Assembly: GCF_018350175.1 (NCBI RefSeq)
Contig: NC_058368.1
Coordinates: 2,356,001-2,420,000, forward strand
Length of the DNA stretch: 64,000 nucleotides
DNA from: Felis catus
Lineage: Eukaryota
Direction: 5' to 3'
Shown here: piece after piece, positions 1 to 13,376 of the stretch
Layout of the letters: the number at the start of each line of letters is the position of its first letter
How positions within the stretch are numbered: position 1 is the stretch's first letter
Made by a program: the position numbers and the translations under genes
Notes under the pieces: model-generated
Told to the model about the DNA's origin: nothing
Database searches by the model: none
Seen by the model: only the letters and a program-made list of their open reading frames with translations

Positions 1-3000
1 ATTTAAATTCAAGTTGGTTAACATATAATGTATTGGCTGCAGGAGAATTTAGTGATTCGTCACGTCCATAAAACACCCAGTGCTCATCCTAACCAGTACC
101 CTCTTTAATGCCCATCCCCCCACCTACCTCTCCTCCAGCAACCCTCCGTTCTCTATTTAAGAGTCTCTTACAGCTTGCCTACCTCTCTGTTTTTATCTTA
201 TTTATTTTTCCTTCCCTCCCCTATATTCATCTGTTTAGTTTCTTAAATTCCACATATGGCTGAAATCATATGGTATTTGTCTTTCTCTGACTGACTTATT
301 TAGCTTAGCGTATAATACACTCTAGCTCCATCAACGTCATTGCAAATGGCAACATTTCATTCTTTTTGATGGCTGAGTAATATTCTGATGTATGTGCATG
401 TATGTATATGTGTGTATACATACATTACTCACATGTATACACACATATACATATATACACATGCACATCAAGTTTTCTTTTTCCATTCATCAGTTGATGG
501 ACACAGGCTGTTTCCATAATTTGGCTATTGTTGATAGTGCTGCTATAAACAATAGGGTACATTTGCCCCTTCGAATCAGTATTATTATATACTTTGTATA
601 AATGCAATTCCTGTATTGTAGTGCAACTGCTGTGTTGTAGGGTAGTTATTTTCAACTTTTGAGGAATTTCCATACTGTTTTCCAGAGTGGCTGTACCAGT
701 TTGCATTCTCACCAATGGTGTAAGAAGGTTCCCCTTTCTCTGCATCCTCACCAACATTTGTGGTTTCCTGAGTTGTTCATTTTAGCCATTTTGACAGGTG
801 TGAGGTGGTATCTCATTGTGGTTCTGATTTGTATTTTCCTGATGATGAGTGATGTGGAGCATTTTTTCATGTGTCTGCTAGCCATTTGTGTGTCTCCTTT
901 GGAGAAATGTCTATTCATGTCTTCTGCCTATTTCCTTCTTAGCTGGATTACTTATTTTTTGGGTGTTGAGTTTGGTAAGTTCTTTACAGATTGTGGATAC
1001 TAGCCCTTTATCTGGTATGTCATTTGCAAATATCTTCTCCCATGACACAGGTTGCCTTTGCTTTGTTGATTGTTTCCTTCACTGTGCAGAAGCTTTTTAT
1101 CTTGAAGAAGTCCTAACAGTTCATTTTTGCTTTTGTTTCCCTTGCTTCCAGCAACATGTTTAGTAAGAAGTTGCTACAGCTGAGGTAAAGAGGTTGCTGC
1201 CTGTGTTCTCCTCTAGGATTTTGATGGTTTCCTGTCTCACATTTAGGTCTTTCATCCATTATGAGTTTATTTTTGTGTATGGTGTAAGAAAGTGGTCCAG
1301 GTTCCTTCTGCATGTCGCTGTTCAGTTTTCCCCATACTATTCGTTGGAAACTGTCTTTTTTGCATTGGCTACTCTTTCCTTCTTTGTCAAAGATTAATTG
1401 CATACAGTTGCGGGTCCACTTCTGGGTTTTTTATCCTGTTCCACTGATCTCTGTCTGTTTTTGTGCAAGTACCATACTGTCTTGACGATTACAGCTTTAT
1501 AATACAGCTTGAGGTCTGGAATTTTGATGCCTCCTGCTTTTCTTTTCTTTTTCAACATTACTTTGGCTATTCGGGGTCTTTTCTGGTTCCATACAAATTT
1601 CAGAACTGTTTGTTCTAGTTCTGTGAAAAATGCTGTGTTATTTTGATAGGGATTGCACTAAATGTGTAGATTGCCTTGGGTAGTATAGACAGTTTAACAT
1701 TTTTTCTTCTGATCCATGAGCATGGGATGTTTTTCCACTTGTTTGTGTCTTCTTCAATTTCTTTCATCGGTGTTTTACGGTTTTCAGGGTACAGACCTTT
1801 CACCTCTTTGGTTAGGTTTATTCCTAGGTATCTTAATGGGTTTTGGTGCAACTGTAAATGGGATTGATTCCTCGATTTCTCTTTCTGTTGCTTCATTATT
1901 GGTGTATTGAAATGCCATAGGTTTCTGTACATTCATTTTGTATCCTGTGACTTTGCTGAATTCAGGTATCAGTTCTAGCAATTTCTTTGGTGGAATATTT
2001 TGGGTTTTCCACATAAAGTATCATGCCATCTGCAAAGCCTGAAAGTTTGACTTCTTCCTTGCTGATTTGGATGATTTTTATTCCTTTGTATGGTCTGACT
2101 GCTGAGGCTAAGACTTCCAATACAATGTTGAATAACAGTGGTGAGAGTGGACATCCCTGTCATGTTCCTGATCTCAGGGGGAAAGCTCTTAGTTTTTCCC
2201 CATTGAGGATGATATTAGCTGTGGGCCTTTCATATATGGCCTTTATGATGTTGAGGTATTTTCCTTTTATCCCTGCTTCCTTGAGGGTTTTTATCAAGAA
2301 AAGATGCTGTATTTTGTCAAATGTTTTTTCTGTGTCTATTGAAAACATCACATGGTTCTTATCCTTTCTTTTATTAATATGGCATATCACGTCGACTGAT
2401 TTGCAGATCTTGAACCCCCAGCCCTGCACCCCAAAAGTAAATCCCACTTGATTGTGGTGAATTATTCTTTTAATATACTGTTGGATTTGATTTTCTAGTA
2501 TATTGCTGAAGAGTTATGCATCCATGTTCATCAGGGATATTGGTCTGTAGTCTTTCTTTTTAGTGGGGTCTTGGTCTGGTTTTGGAATTAAGGTAATACT
2601 GGCCTCGCAGAATGAGTTTGGAAGTTTTCCTTCCTTTTCTATTTTTTGGAACAGTTTCAGAAGCATAGGTAGGATTTCTTCTTTAAATATTTGGTAGAAT
2701 TCCTCTGGGAAGCAATCCAGCACTGGACTCTTGTTTGTTGGGAGATTTTTGATTATTGATTCAATTTCTTTGCTGGCCATGATGAGTCTGTTCAAATTTT
2801 CTATTTCTTCTTGTTTCAGTTTTGGTAGTTTATGTGTCTAGGAATGTATCCATTTCTTCCAGATTGCCCAATTTGTTGGCACAGAATTGCTCATCATTTA
2901 TTTTAGCTCTAATCTTTATTATTCTGCTGGTTTTAGGCTTATTTGGTGTTCTTTTTCCAGCTCCTTTAGATGGAATGTTAGGTTGTGAGTTAGAGACTTT

Positions 3001-5252
3001 TCTTGCGTCTTGAGCTATGGCCTACATACTCCCTCTTATAACTGTCTTTGCTGCATCCCAAAGATTTTGGAATGTTGTGTTTTCATTTTCATTTGCTTCC
3101 ATGTATTTTTTATTTCTTCTTTAATTTCCTGGTTAACCTATTCATTCTTTCGTAGGCTGTTCTCTAACCTCCAAGTATTTGTGGTCTTTCCAAATTTCTT
3201 CTTGTGGCTGACTTCAAGTTCCATAGCATTGTGGTCTGAAAATATGCATGGTATGATCTCTATCTTTCTGTATTGGTTAAGGCCTGATTCGTGACCCAGT
3301 ATGTGATCTAGTCTGGAGAATGTTCCATGTGCAGTTGAAAAGAATATGTATTCTGCTGCTTTAGGACAAAATGCTCTGAAAGTATCTGTTAAGTCCATCT
3401 GGTCCAGTGTGTCGTTCAAAGCCATTGTTTCCTTGATGATCTGCTTAGATGATCTGTCCATTGCTATAAGTGGGGTGTTGTAAGTCCCCTACTATTACTA
3501 TATGATTATCAGTGAGCTTAAGTTTGTTATTAATTGATTCATATATTTGGCTGCTTCCAAGTTTGGGGCATACATATTTACAATTGTTAGATATTCCTGT
3601 TGAGTAGATCTCTTTATTAGGATACAATGCCCTTCTTCATCTCTTATTACAGTCTTTGGTTTAAAATCTAGTTTGTCTGATAGAAGTATGGCTATTCCAG
3701 CTTTCTTTTGATGCCTATTAGCATGAAAAATGGTTCTCCATCCCCTCACTTTCAATCTGAAGGTGTCTTTGGGTCTAAAATGAATCTATTGTAAGCAGCA
3801 TATTGATGGGTCTTGTTTCTTAAATCCATTCTGATACCCTACGTCTTTTGATTGAAGTATTTAGTCAATTTATATTCAGAGTAATTACTGATAGATATCA
3901 AGTTAGTGCCATTGTATTACCCGTAAAGTTGTGTTCCTGCAGATCATCTCTGTTCCCTTCTGGTCTTGGTTGCTTTTGGTCTCTCTTTCCTGCTCAAAGG
4001 GTCCCCTTTAATAATTCTTACAGAGCTGGTTTAGTGTTCACAAACTCTTTTAGTTTTTGTTTAACCTGGAAACTCTTTACCTCTCCTTCTATCCTGAATG
4101 ACAGCCTTGTTAGATTCAGTATTCTTGGCTGCATATTTTTCCCTGTAGCACGCCGTATATATCATTGCACCCCCTTCTGGCCTGCCACGTTTCTATGTGT
4201 CTGCTAAACCTAATGTGTCTACCCTTGTAGATTAAGGATCTTTGTGCCTTTCTCTATCTTTGTATTTTGCAAGTTTCACTATGATAGGTCTTGGTATTGA
4301 CCTGTTTTGTTGATTTTCAGGGGAGTTCTCTGTGCCTCTTGGATTTGAATGCCTCTTCCTTCCCCAGACTAGGGAAGTTCTCAGTTATAATTTGTGCAGA
4401 TAAGCCCTCTCCCCCTTTCTCCCTGCTCTTCTTCTGGGACTGCTAAGGTATGAATATTATTGCACTTCGTGGAACTGCTGAGTTCCCTAAGTATATATTC
4501 ACGATCTAATACTTTTCTTCCCCTCTTCTTTTCAGCTTCATTATTTTCCATACTTTTCTCTTCTATGTCACCCAGTTGCTCCTTTGCTTCTTCCACCTTC
4601 ATTGTGATTCCATCCTGTTGGTTTTGCAACTCAGTTATAGCATTTTTTATTTTGGCCTGACTAGTTTTTAGGTCTTTTATCTCTGCAGCAAGGGTTTCTC
4701 TGGTGTCTTCTAGGTTTTTTCAAGCCTATTGTTCTGAATTCTTGTTCAGATGTATTGCTTATATCTGTTTTGAGCAAATCCCTGGCTGTGGTTTCTTCTT
4801 GATCTTTCTTTGTGGGGTGGGGGGTTCCTCCACCTTGTCATTTTCTCTAGGTTTCTGTCTTTGTGTGTTACGAAAGCTTGTTATGCTTCCTGCTCCTGAG
4901 AGTCTTGCTATCTTAAGAAGGGGTCATACACTGTCCAGGGCCTGGTGCTTCAGAAAGTATTCATGGTGTATGTGGTCTACACTTGGCTACTGTGATTTGG
5001 CTGCTCCTTCCCCAAGGTCAGTCCTCTGCAGAGCTCCTCCTTGCTTGCAGTGGGCAGTGTTTGGACTTTCAACCAGGTGTGCTTTGATTTCTTTGTTAAA
5101 ATAAGCCTGCCAGGTTCTCTCCCTCAGATTATGCAGATTGTTCTCTTAATTCTCACACTGATTTCCTAGTGCCCAAAATGACTTGATGTTGATTTAGCTG
5201 TGTTTGAAGGAAGCCCAGGGTCCCCCTACTACTGTGCCATCTTAACTCCTCC
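1..5252 (-). mobile_element. Degraded near-full-length carnivore LINE-1 (5'UTR, ORF1, ORF2, 3'UTR), same orientation as MICU2
   Basis: Minus-strand ORF fragments match L1 ORF2 endonuclease (GWRTIFHANRHQKKAGIAILLSDK, HGTFSRLDHILGH), reverse transcriptase ([18 protein letters not shown]) and C-terminus. ORF1-like coiled coil at 4381-4629. Candidate ATGs near 4841 (ORF1) and 3912 (ORF2). 5' end GGAGGAGTTAAGATGGC. Many stops and frameshifts. Confidence 0.95.
5236..5243 (-). promoter_or_regulatory. YY1-type motif AAGATGGC at the L1 5' end
   Basis: gccatctt on + strand, about 10 nt inside the L1 5' terminus, where L1 promoters carry their YY1 site. Confidence 0.6.
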
Positions 5253-6652
5253 AATCGATTTTGCATTTCCTATCCACTCCTCGTTAGTCTTTTGCTCTAT
5301 GGCATTGGTCCCTACCACTATTTTCAAACTGCTTCTGTAATGGCCCCCAAAGACCTACAAAATTTAAGGAGTCCTCTACTCTGTCGCTATCCAACTTGAC
5401 CACTTTTAAAAAGTTTGATGTTAAACATTACTTCATTGTTGCTCGTTTCTCCCCTGGATTCCATTATCCTGCACTTTCTGGGCTTTTTCTTACTTCTCTT
5501 GTACTCTGCTCCTTCTCAATTTCATTCTTGGCTTCTCAGTTTCAGCTTAACCTCTTAAATGCAACTGTTTTCCAAAACTCTGATCTTATCCGTCTTCACT
5601 CTACATTCTCCCCTTTAGGTCACATACTCTCATGACTTAATTATCACCTGTATCAGGATGCTTCCTAATCCCGGCTACCTTCTTATCTCCAGACAGTTGC
5701 TTGCTACTCATATCTATCTCTACAGAGATGTCCCAATAGTTTATAAAGGTCAACATTTCCAAGCTCAGAGTTAAGATCTTTTTCAACCCAGTCCTCCTCT
5801 GCATTCTCCTTCAAATGAGGCCGGCTAACATTAAGGAAAGAGCAGGGCTGTAGAACTGGATGGACTGACTTGGAGTCAAATCATGGCTGCTATATTGACT
5901 GTATATCGATTTTATATTTAAAATGGGGATACTACTACTTACCTTGTAGGTTGCTGCAAAGATGCAACAATGCAACATATATGTTGAACATAACCAATCT
6001 TCAGTAAGAGCTAGTCTTCTGTCCTCTTAGATCAGTTAGTGCTACCATAATTCCTAGTTAGGCAGGCTGGAAAAAGGAGTGACCACTTATGTCTCCTCTC
6101 CCCTCGCCTCTTCAATCCAGCTGGAAACCAGGTTCCTCAGAGCCTATTCCACAGCACGTCTTGACCGTATTTCCCACTTTGCATTCGCAGTTGTAAACTG
6201 GACTACTGTAATAGTGTAACAAGCCACCTATCTCCAATCTCTTCTCTTCTAGTTCAGCTTTCACACTGTGGACAGAGATAATTTTTGAAAACTAAAGCAC
6301 AATTATCTCTGACAGCTGTCCACTGGTTTCTCCTGGTGGTGAAGTACAGTTCACATTGGGGACTCTGCCTCTGAGGGTGTCTCTTCACATGTCGGCCACA
6401 CAGGGACAGCAAAATGCTTTTACAGCGGTCTGTATTTTATAAAGTTTCTTTCCCCAAGGGACCGGTAATGACAGTCATTTAATGACTGTTGGTGCTAAAT
6501 AGAGCAATATGGTTATTTCTGTTTTCCTATGCTGAATGAAATTGAATTTAAAGATAAATTTATGATGACTATCTAGTATTTCCTTTCCTGCTTGCTTTGT
6601 GAGTAATTTTTCATCTGAGGTCCTGAGTAGGAGCCATGATACCCAGAAATCC

Positions 6653-6729
6653 TTATTTTATTTTATTTTATTTTATTTTATTTTATTTTATTTTATTTTA
6701 TTTTATTTTATTTTATTTTATTTATTTTT
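6653..6729. repeat. (TTTTA)n microsatellite
   Basis: About 14 perfect TTTTA units. Confidence 0.95.
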
Positions 6730-7244
6730 CCCCCATTTTGTCCATTTAAACTACCCTCAACTTCTCTGTAGAATTCCATGCTGCCTTCCTAATCCAGTTG
6801 CTCTATAATGATAAACTTTATCCATACTGATTCGTGGGTAACAAGCAAATTTGCTAACACTTGCTTACAATGATGTTAGAATGAAACAATTTCTATCTTT
6901 TTCAAACCACATGTTTTGAATATGTGAAACATTCCCAATATTCTTTAAGCAGTTACATAGTATAGTTTTCTCCATAACTTTCTGTTACTTTTAACTTCTG
7001 CCACTTTAAGAAGTTGAATTCTGGAAGATTACTACCTGTTTTTCTGAACAGTAAGTGAAACTTCACTTATCTGGAAGTATACTTAGGCAACTTCAATCCT
7101 CTGGAATCCTCCAGCTTTCTTATGTAAGATGCAAACCCACGCGTAAGAAAACTCTTTTTCAGCATTTGAAACAATTGTTTTAAGGGCATATGATAAAATA
7201 TGTACGAAACTTTCTCAGAATTTATAGTCTTGTATATTCGAAAG

Positions 7245-7710
7245 CAGTGCTGTCCAATCGAAATATAAAGGAGGTACATAAGTAATTTAAAATTTTTGAG
7301 TAGCCACATTCAAAAAAATAAAAACAACAAAAAAAGACACATGAAAATGAATTAATATCCCATCACACTTCATCATGTATTTAATACAAAAATTCAGATG
7401 TTTTACGTTCCTTTCTCTTTTCTTCAAAATCCACTGTGGATTTTACATTTACAGAACAATCAATTCAGATTTACGTTTCATTGGAAGTACTTGATCTGCG
7501 TTCAGATTTCATAAGATTTACAATTTAAAAGGGGTTGCCTATACCCAGGTAGCTTCAAACACATGTAAAGATTTCTGAATACCTAAAGGGAATATCAGGT
7601 TTTAAACTTAGATTTTACATTAATTAAAATTTAAAAACTTAAGTTTTTTTTGGCCACAAGCCAAATTTCAAGGGCCCAAAAGCTACCTATGGCTATGGGC
7701 TACTTTACTG
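7245..7710. mobile_element. hAT-Charlie non-autonomous element (MER3/MER33-like)
   Basis: Starts cagtgctgtccaat..., contains aatttaaaatttttgagtagccacatt, ends ...ggctactttactggagagtg. Confidence 0.6.
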
Positions 7711-7861
7711 GAGAGTGGAAGTAATAGAGTCTCTATTTTATACCTAATTTTAACAAGCTTTGTTGCCTGTCTTCCCGGTATATGGAGACTGGAAGAAAAA
7801 CTAGATGACTAGAACTGACATAAAGATCTCACTGACACCAGTGATAGGAAACTAGCAAGGC

Positions 7862-7950
7862 CTTTTTTTAATTAAAAAAAGTTTTCATTATTATTTATTT
7901 TTGAGAGAGAGAGAGAGACAGAGCACCAGCAGGGGAGGGGCAGAGAGAGA
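7862..7950 (-). mobile_element. CAN-SINE 3' fragment
   Basis: tttatttttttgagagagaga...gggaggggcagagagag, truncated. Confidence 0.75.
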
Positions 7951-7957
7951 AGTCTTA

Positions 7958-8335
7958 TCTTTTTCCAGTTGTACTGAGATATAATCGACATACCTCCCTG
8001 TGTACAATGATTTGACTTAGAGAAGTTCTGAAATGATTACTGCAGTAAGTTAACATCCATCATCTCATACACATGCAAAAAAAAATCTTTTCTCCTTGTT
8101 ATGGTAGCTCCTAGGATTCACTCTCTTAACCACTTTCCTATGTAAACCCTGTGGCTGTCGTGATGCACGTTACACCCCCAGCACTGACTCATCTTCTAGC
8201 CCCAAGTTTGTACCTTTTGACCACCTTCCTTCAATTCCCAACCTCGCCTCTGGTAACCACAAATCTGATCTCTTTCTAGGAGTCTGATTTTTTGTTGGAT
8301 TCTACATAGAAGATCATACATTTCGTCTTTCCATG
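7958..8335 (-). mobile_element. L1 3' end fragment
   Basis: gttgtactgagatataatcgacata...ctctggtaaccacaaatctgatctc...gatcatac, typical of L1 3'UTR. Confidence 0.7.
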
Positions 8336-10119
8336 ACACACACCTACTTTTAAGATAGGTCCTCATAAAGAAGCGTCTTACCTCCCATTATTTCAGTTGT
8401 TCCTGTTTTGAAACTTTTCTGTGTGTTTTGTAAAGTACACCTAACCACACAACAATCCAGAGGTAACTGTTCTAGTGTGAGGGTGTATTTTCTGTGTGTT
8501 TTAGCACACCTTCAAGAACTATATACCAACATACTGGTCTGAAATATTGAGGGTATTGAGGGTAGTTATGCTGAGTCCATTCCTTTCTAGATATTCCAGA
8601 ATTTAATTCCTATAGTTGTATACTGTTGTATACTGGGTTCTGTTTCCTCAAATAAAATGTAGCAAAACAAACAAACAAACAAACAAACAACCAAAAACTT
8701 AACCAATGCAGATTAATCAAGGCTCCCTACTGCCCCTGCAGAACTCCGGGATAGGTATTCCCAGTGAGCTCCTGGCCAGTCTCAAGCTTGCTTGCATATT
8801 CCCGCTCTCAGCAGTTGAGCTCAGTATCTGCTCTAATTTTTGTGTGTTTCCAAACCAATTACGCTCATTGTACTTGTTACCGTAATTATTTAATTCAATA
8901 TTTCTGTGAAGTAATGTGGTTTTCTGGAAACACCAGAAAGCTGAAGGTAGAAGTTAACTACTTGGCGACACTAGGACATTGGTCTCCTTTTTTTGCCTGA
9001 GGTGAGAATGTAGGTTCAAAGACAACTGAATTTGGTGAAAGAAACCAGAAGAGCCTGAAATGGATGCACCAAGCACAGAAGACAGTTTATGTGAGTTTTC
9101 TTTCTGTTTTTGAAAGTGATATAAACTCCAAATATAAAAGCGTGACATTTACTGTCTTATGTTTGGCAACACCCTGAAATGAGTGGGCCACTGTCACCGG
9201 GAGGTGCCAGGCCCCTCAGAAAACGCCATGTCAAGGAAGCCGCGAGGGGATAGGCTGCATCGATTCCTGTCCTGGTGGCTAGCTTGTTTCATTGAGTTCA
9301 TGGGCCTTGACTACATACACAAAGGGTGTGCGTGAAGTCACTTGCAATAATGCAAATGCCTGTATCAATGAAAAAGGAGTCTGAAAAGAGTTGCTGCAAT
9401 AAAAAGTGAGAGGAATACTTCAGAGCTGTGTTATAAAGGGACACTACTAAAAAAAAGTTGCTTCTGATTAGCTAGGGTATGTCTGTAAAGAGTGGGGAAA
9501 ATCACCAAATCCTGAAGGATTCTACATTGAGTGCTTCACACCTGTCTTCACATTTTTTCTGCCCTTTAAAGAAAACAAAGTGGAAACTGCAGATGACAAA
9601 TGATGAGACTGTGTAGCAAGAATCCACTCAGTGGCTCCACTCTAAAGAAAAGGCCTTGGTTCCGAAATGGATACAAAAAGAAATGAAAAATGTTAAAAAA
9701 AAAAAAAAGGATGTGTATTTACTTAAGTTAATTGAAAAGTCTGTTATGTAAGTATCTTTATCTTTCAAAATGATTCCCCACTCGGACAGACTTTTTAAGG
9801 CAGTGGAACAATTACCGATGGCGGCCATGCTGTGTAAGATGGGTTGTGCTACACTTTCCAACACTGAGAATTTCACCTGTTTACTCACACAGATGTTCAT
9901 GTCGCTGACCTTAGTCTCCCCCGTATGCTAACATTCATGCACTCTTTATATCCTCTTCCAGATTTCCACATATGTTAAATACTTATGAGCCTATTTTCTG
10001 TTTATTCTCTGATTAGAACTTTTGCTATGTCCTTCGCTTCTAGTCTTTGAGACAGTTTCTTATACAGAGAACCAAATATCTTAGTAATTAAATTTGCAAA
10101 GCCTGTGGTATGGAACCTT

Positions 10120-10720
10120 GTCCAAGGGGTTACTGACGTATAGTTTGTATGATAATAAAACACATACAGTTCGATGGGTTTTGACACATTTATATGCCCA
10201 CGTCACTACCACCCTCCCCAAGATCTGAAATATTTCTAGCACTTCAGGAGGCTCCCTCATGGAAACTGCAGTCAACTCCTCACTCCCTCTCAGCCCCAGG
10301 CTGCCAGTGATCCGCTTTCTGTTAGTGTAGATGCGCTCCTTTTCTAGAGTTTCGTATCCGAGGAATCACCCGCTCTGTATACTGTCTGTTTCACCTTGAT
10401 TCATCCATGTTGTTGTGCTTATCAGTAACTTTTCCTTTATATCGCTGAGTAGTATTTTGTTGTATGAATACAATTTGTTTATCTAGTCACTTGACGAACA
10501 CTTAGGGTCTGTTTCCGGTTTGGGGCTATTATGAATAAAGCTGTTACGAACATTCATACACAGGTCTTTGGGTGAACATGTTTTCTTCCTTTGACTAAAT
10601 ACATGGGAGTAGAATTGCCAAGTAGAGTTAAGAAACTGCCAATTTTGTTTTCCAAAATGTGTGTTTCTTTTACATTCCTACATGTAAAAGGGTCCATTTG
10701 CTTCAGGTCTTAAAGGCTTT
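10120..10720 (-). mobile_element. Old L1M/L1ME 3' fragment
   Basis: ttcatccatgttgtt..., tttggggctattatgaataaagctg...aacattcatacacaggtcttt. Confidence 0.65.
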
Positions 10721-10869
10721 TTTAAAAAAAAGTCATGGTCATTTATGTATGTATGCATTACCAATCATAGTTCAAAGAAGTCAGTATGTACAAAGCACTG
10801 TGTTATCTATTTACTATGTTGTGTTTTTTTCTCCACAAAACACTCTAATAGATAAAAAACATTTAACTC

Positions 10870-11095
10870 GGGGCGCCTGGGTGGCTCAGTAGGTAAAGGT
10901 TCCGACTTCGGCTCAGGTCACGATCTCACAGTTCGTGGGTTTGAGGCCCGTGTCGGGCTCTGTGCTGACAGCTCAGAGCCTGGAGCCTGCTTCTGACTCT
11001 GTGTCTCCCCCTCTCTCTGCCCCTCCCATGTTCATGCTCTGTCTCTCTCCTTCTCTCAATAATAAATAAACGTTAAAAAAGTTAAAAAAAATAAC
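10870..11095 (+). mobile_element. CAN-SINE (SINEC, feliform type)
   Basis: ggggcgcctgggtggctcag head, CT-rich region, A tail; TSD aacatttaactc. Confidence 0.95.
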
Positions 11096-11605
11096 AACAT
11101 TTAACTCTGTCACATACTCAACCGTTTATGCACAGTGAGGTATTTTTTAATACTACCATCAACATTCTTGGAACGAAGTAAAATTTACTGGTCACATGTC
11201 CTAGAGTTGTCTTGGAAACATATTTTCACTTAAACATATTTCCAGCTTTTCAAATATTAGCCTTAGCAAATTCCTGGAAAACCTGCACCCATTTATACCT
11301 ATTGTAGCTTTTCATTTTTCTATCATTTCTATTATCGTTATATACATTATATATATTAGCGTTATCATTATCATAAAACAAAACCCTAAAAAGCGTAGAT
11401 GCTTAAGTCCATTTCTCCCACAGGCATCGTATACTCTGTTCCTCAACAGTTTCCCTACGGAAATTTAACACTTCCAAATGTACAAATGATTTCCTGACAT
11501 TTCATATGTGAGCAGTGGATATAATTTCTATTTTTATGGAAATGTAAAATCACACAAACACCCAAGTGTTTTATGATAAGCCAAAAATAAGTAGCATCTA
11601 CTTAC

Positions 11606-11688
11606 CTTAAAAAATTCCTTTTTCTCAACCATCTCATTACCATCTGCATCCAGCATTTTAAAAGCAACATGAAACCCAGTATGGGGTT
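11606..11688 (-). CDS. MICU2: MICU2 coding exon (exon 6 equivalent), 83 nt, phase 1 to 0, contains an EF-hand loop
   Basis: Translates (K)PHTGFHVAFKMLDADGNEMVEKKEFFK with the canonical 12-residue EF loop DADGNEMVEKKE. Acceptor ttacAG; donor GTAAGT. Confidence 0.96.
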
Positions 11689-12036
11689 CTGTAATTAAGT
11701 GAAAAGCGAACAGTTATTTAAATGTTGGTGAAATGCAAATTATATTTGCTGATCCCTAGGTCTTCGAATTTGAAAAAAAAAAAGCTTCCAGAAACTATTA
11801 TGCAAGTGCCTCAACAGAGAAAAAACGACCTCTTCTTATAACAATTTTCAGAGGCTGATCTATTTCCGAAGACGTGTTGTTCTGCTGCTAAATGCTCCAC
11901 TTCTCAAGGCAAAATCCATTTGAGAACTTAATTTATTTCTTTAACCCTACCAGGGGTTTCCTCTATTCTCATGATAGCTCGGCTATTTTCGTACAGATTA
12001 TTACTCTTGATTTCCTTTCCTCGGAGTAGGGTTTTT

Positions 12037-12237
12037 GTTTTTTAGGTTTATTTATTTATTTTGAGAGCGAGAGGGCGAGAGCGAGTGAGCAGGGGAGGGG
12101 CAGAGACAGAGTGACAGAAAGAATCCCAAGCAGGCTCCATGCTCCCTGTGGAGCCCGACACGAGGCTCGATCTCATGACTGCCAGACCTCGACCGGAGCC
12201 AATATCAAGACTCAGACGCTTAACCAACCGTCGCCCC
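12037..12237 (-). mobile_element. CAN-SINE
   Basis: Reverse SINE body; TSD ctc(g/a)gagtagggttttt at 12020 and 12239. Confidence 0.92.
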
Positions 12238-12274
12238 TCTCAGAGTAGGGTTTTTAAAAAGCTTTTTATTTCGA

Positions 12275-12480
12275 GGGGAGCCTGGGTGGCTCAGCTGGCT
12301 AAGTCTCTGACTTCAGCTCAAGTGATGATCTCACTGTTGGTGGGTTCGAGCCCCCCGTCGGGCTCTGTGCTGACAGCTCAGGGCCTGGAACCGGCTTCGG
12401 ATTCTGTGTCTGCCTCTCTCTCTGCCCCTCCCCTGCTTGCTCTCTCTCTCTCTCAAAAATAAATAAATAGGAAAAAAACC
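12275..12480 (+). mobile_element. CAN-SINE
   Basis: ggggagcctgggtggctcag head through aaaaataaataaata tail. Confidence 0.93.
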
Positions 12481-12723
12481 AAACTTTATTTTTAAATGAT
12501 TTTAGCCCTAAGAAATGTTGTAAAGATAGCATGGTGAGTTCTCATACTCTTCACCCAGCTTCCTCTATTTTTAACATCTTGTATAACCACAGTATCATTG
12601 TCAAAACTAAGAAATTAACACTGGTAGTAGTATTTTCAACTGAACTACAGACTTTATTTGGATTTCATGTTTTTCCATCAATGCTATTTTTCTATCTTAG
12701 GATCATATATAAGAAGTCATGTT

Positions 12724-12950
12724 GGGGGCACTTGGGTGGCTCAGTTGGTTAAGCGTCTGACTTCGGCTCAGGTCATGATCTCACGGCTCCTGAGTTTGAG
12801 CTCATGAGTCCAGCTCTGTGCTGACGGCTAGGAGCTTGGAGCCTGCTTCAGATTCTGTTTCTTCCTCTCTCTCTCTCTCTCTGCCCCTCCCCTGTTCTCT
12901 CTCTCTCTCTCTCTCTCTCTCAAAAATAAATAAACATTAAAAAAAAATTG
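12724..12950 (+). mobile_element. CAN-SINE
   Basis: Full body; TSD aagaa(g/a)tcatgttg. Confidence 0.93.
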
Positions 12951-13328
12951 AAAGAAATCATGTTGCATTTAGTTGTTATGTCTCCTTACTCTGCTCCAAG
13001 TTGTGAAAGTTTCTCACTCATTCCTCGATTTTCATGACCAGTCTGAAGAGTACTGATCAGGAAGTTTGAAGAGTATCTAATGAGGGGTTTTAAATATGCG
13101 AAGGTTAAGTCTCATTCTTCTGTTCAACAAGTCTTTTAAGGAGACAAAGTTATGGGGAGCCATAGTACAAGGGAGGTAGAGGGGATAATCTAATCCAACA
13201 GTATCATTTTGTTGACACAGAAACTAAGATAGCAATGAAAAAAGACACAAATGCCAAACTTCCAAAACACTGTTTGGCAAGAACAGAGAATTCCACGTGA
13301 TCACAGAGACAAACTGTGGGATACTTAC

Positions 13329-13376
13329 TGGTGAGGATGGTAAGCAAGAAAAGATACTCGGTATATGATATCAGTC
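13329..13376 (-). CDS. MICU2: MICU2 coding exon (exon 5 equivalent), 48 nt, phase 1 to 1
   Basis: Translates (G)LISYTEYLFLLTILT(K). Acceptor ttttctctctttcAG; donor GTAAGT. Confidence 0.96.

Noticed and set aside
392..5104. Dense ORFs on both strands as genes
   Set aside because: They are broken L1 ORF1/ORF2 fragments and their antisense shadows.
10870..10960. tRNA genes at SINE heads
   Set aside because: The A and B boxes are tRNA-derived but run into the SINE body, CT tract and A tail, with no complete cloverleaf.
5253..11600. Next MICU2 exon (recalled human LQKIISKQDD...)
   Set aside because: No matching minus-strand sequence seen by eye; it probably lies beyond position 1.
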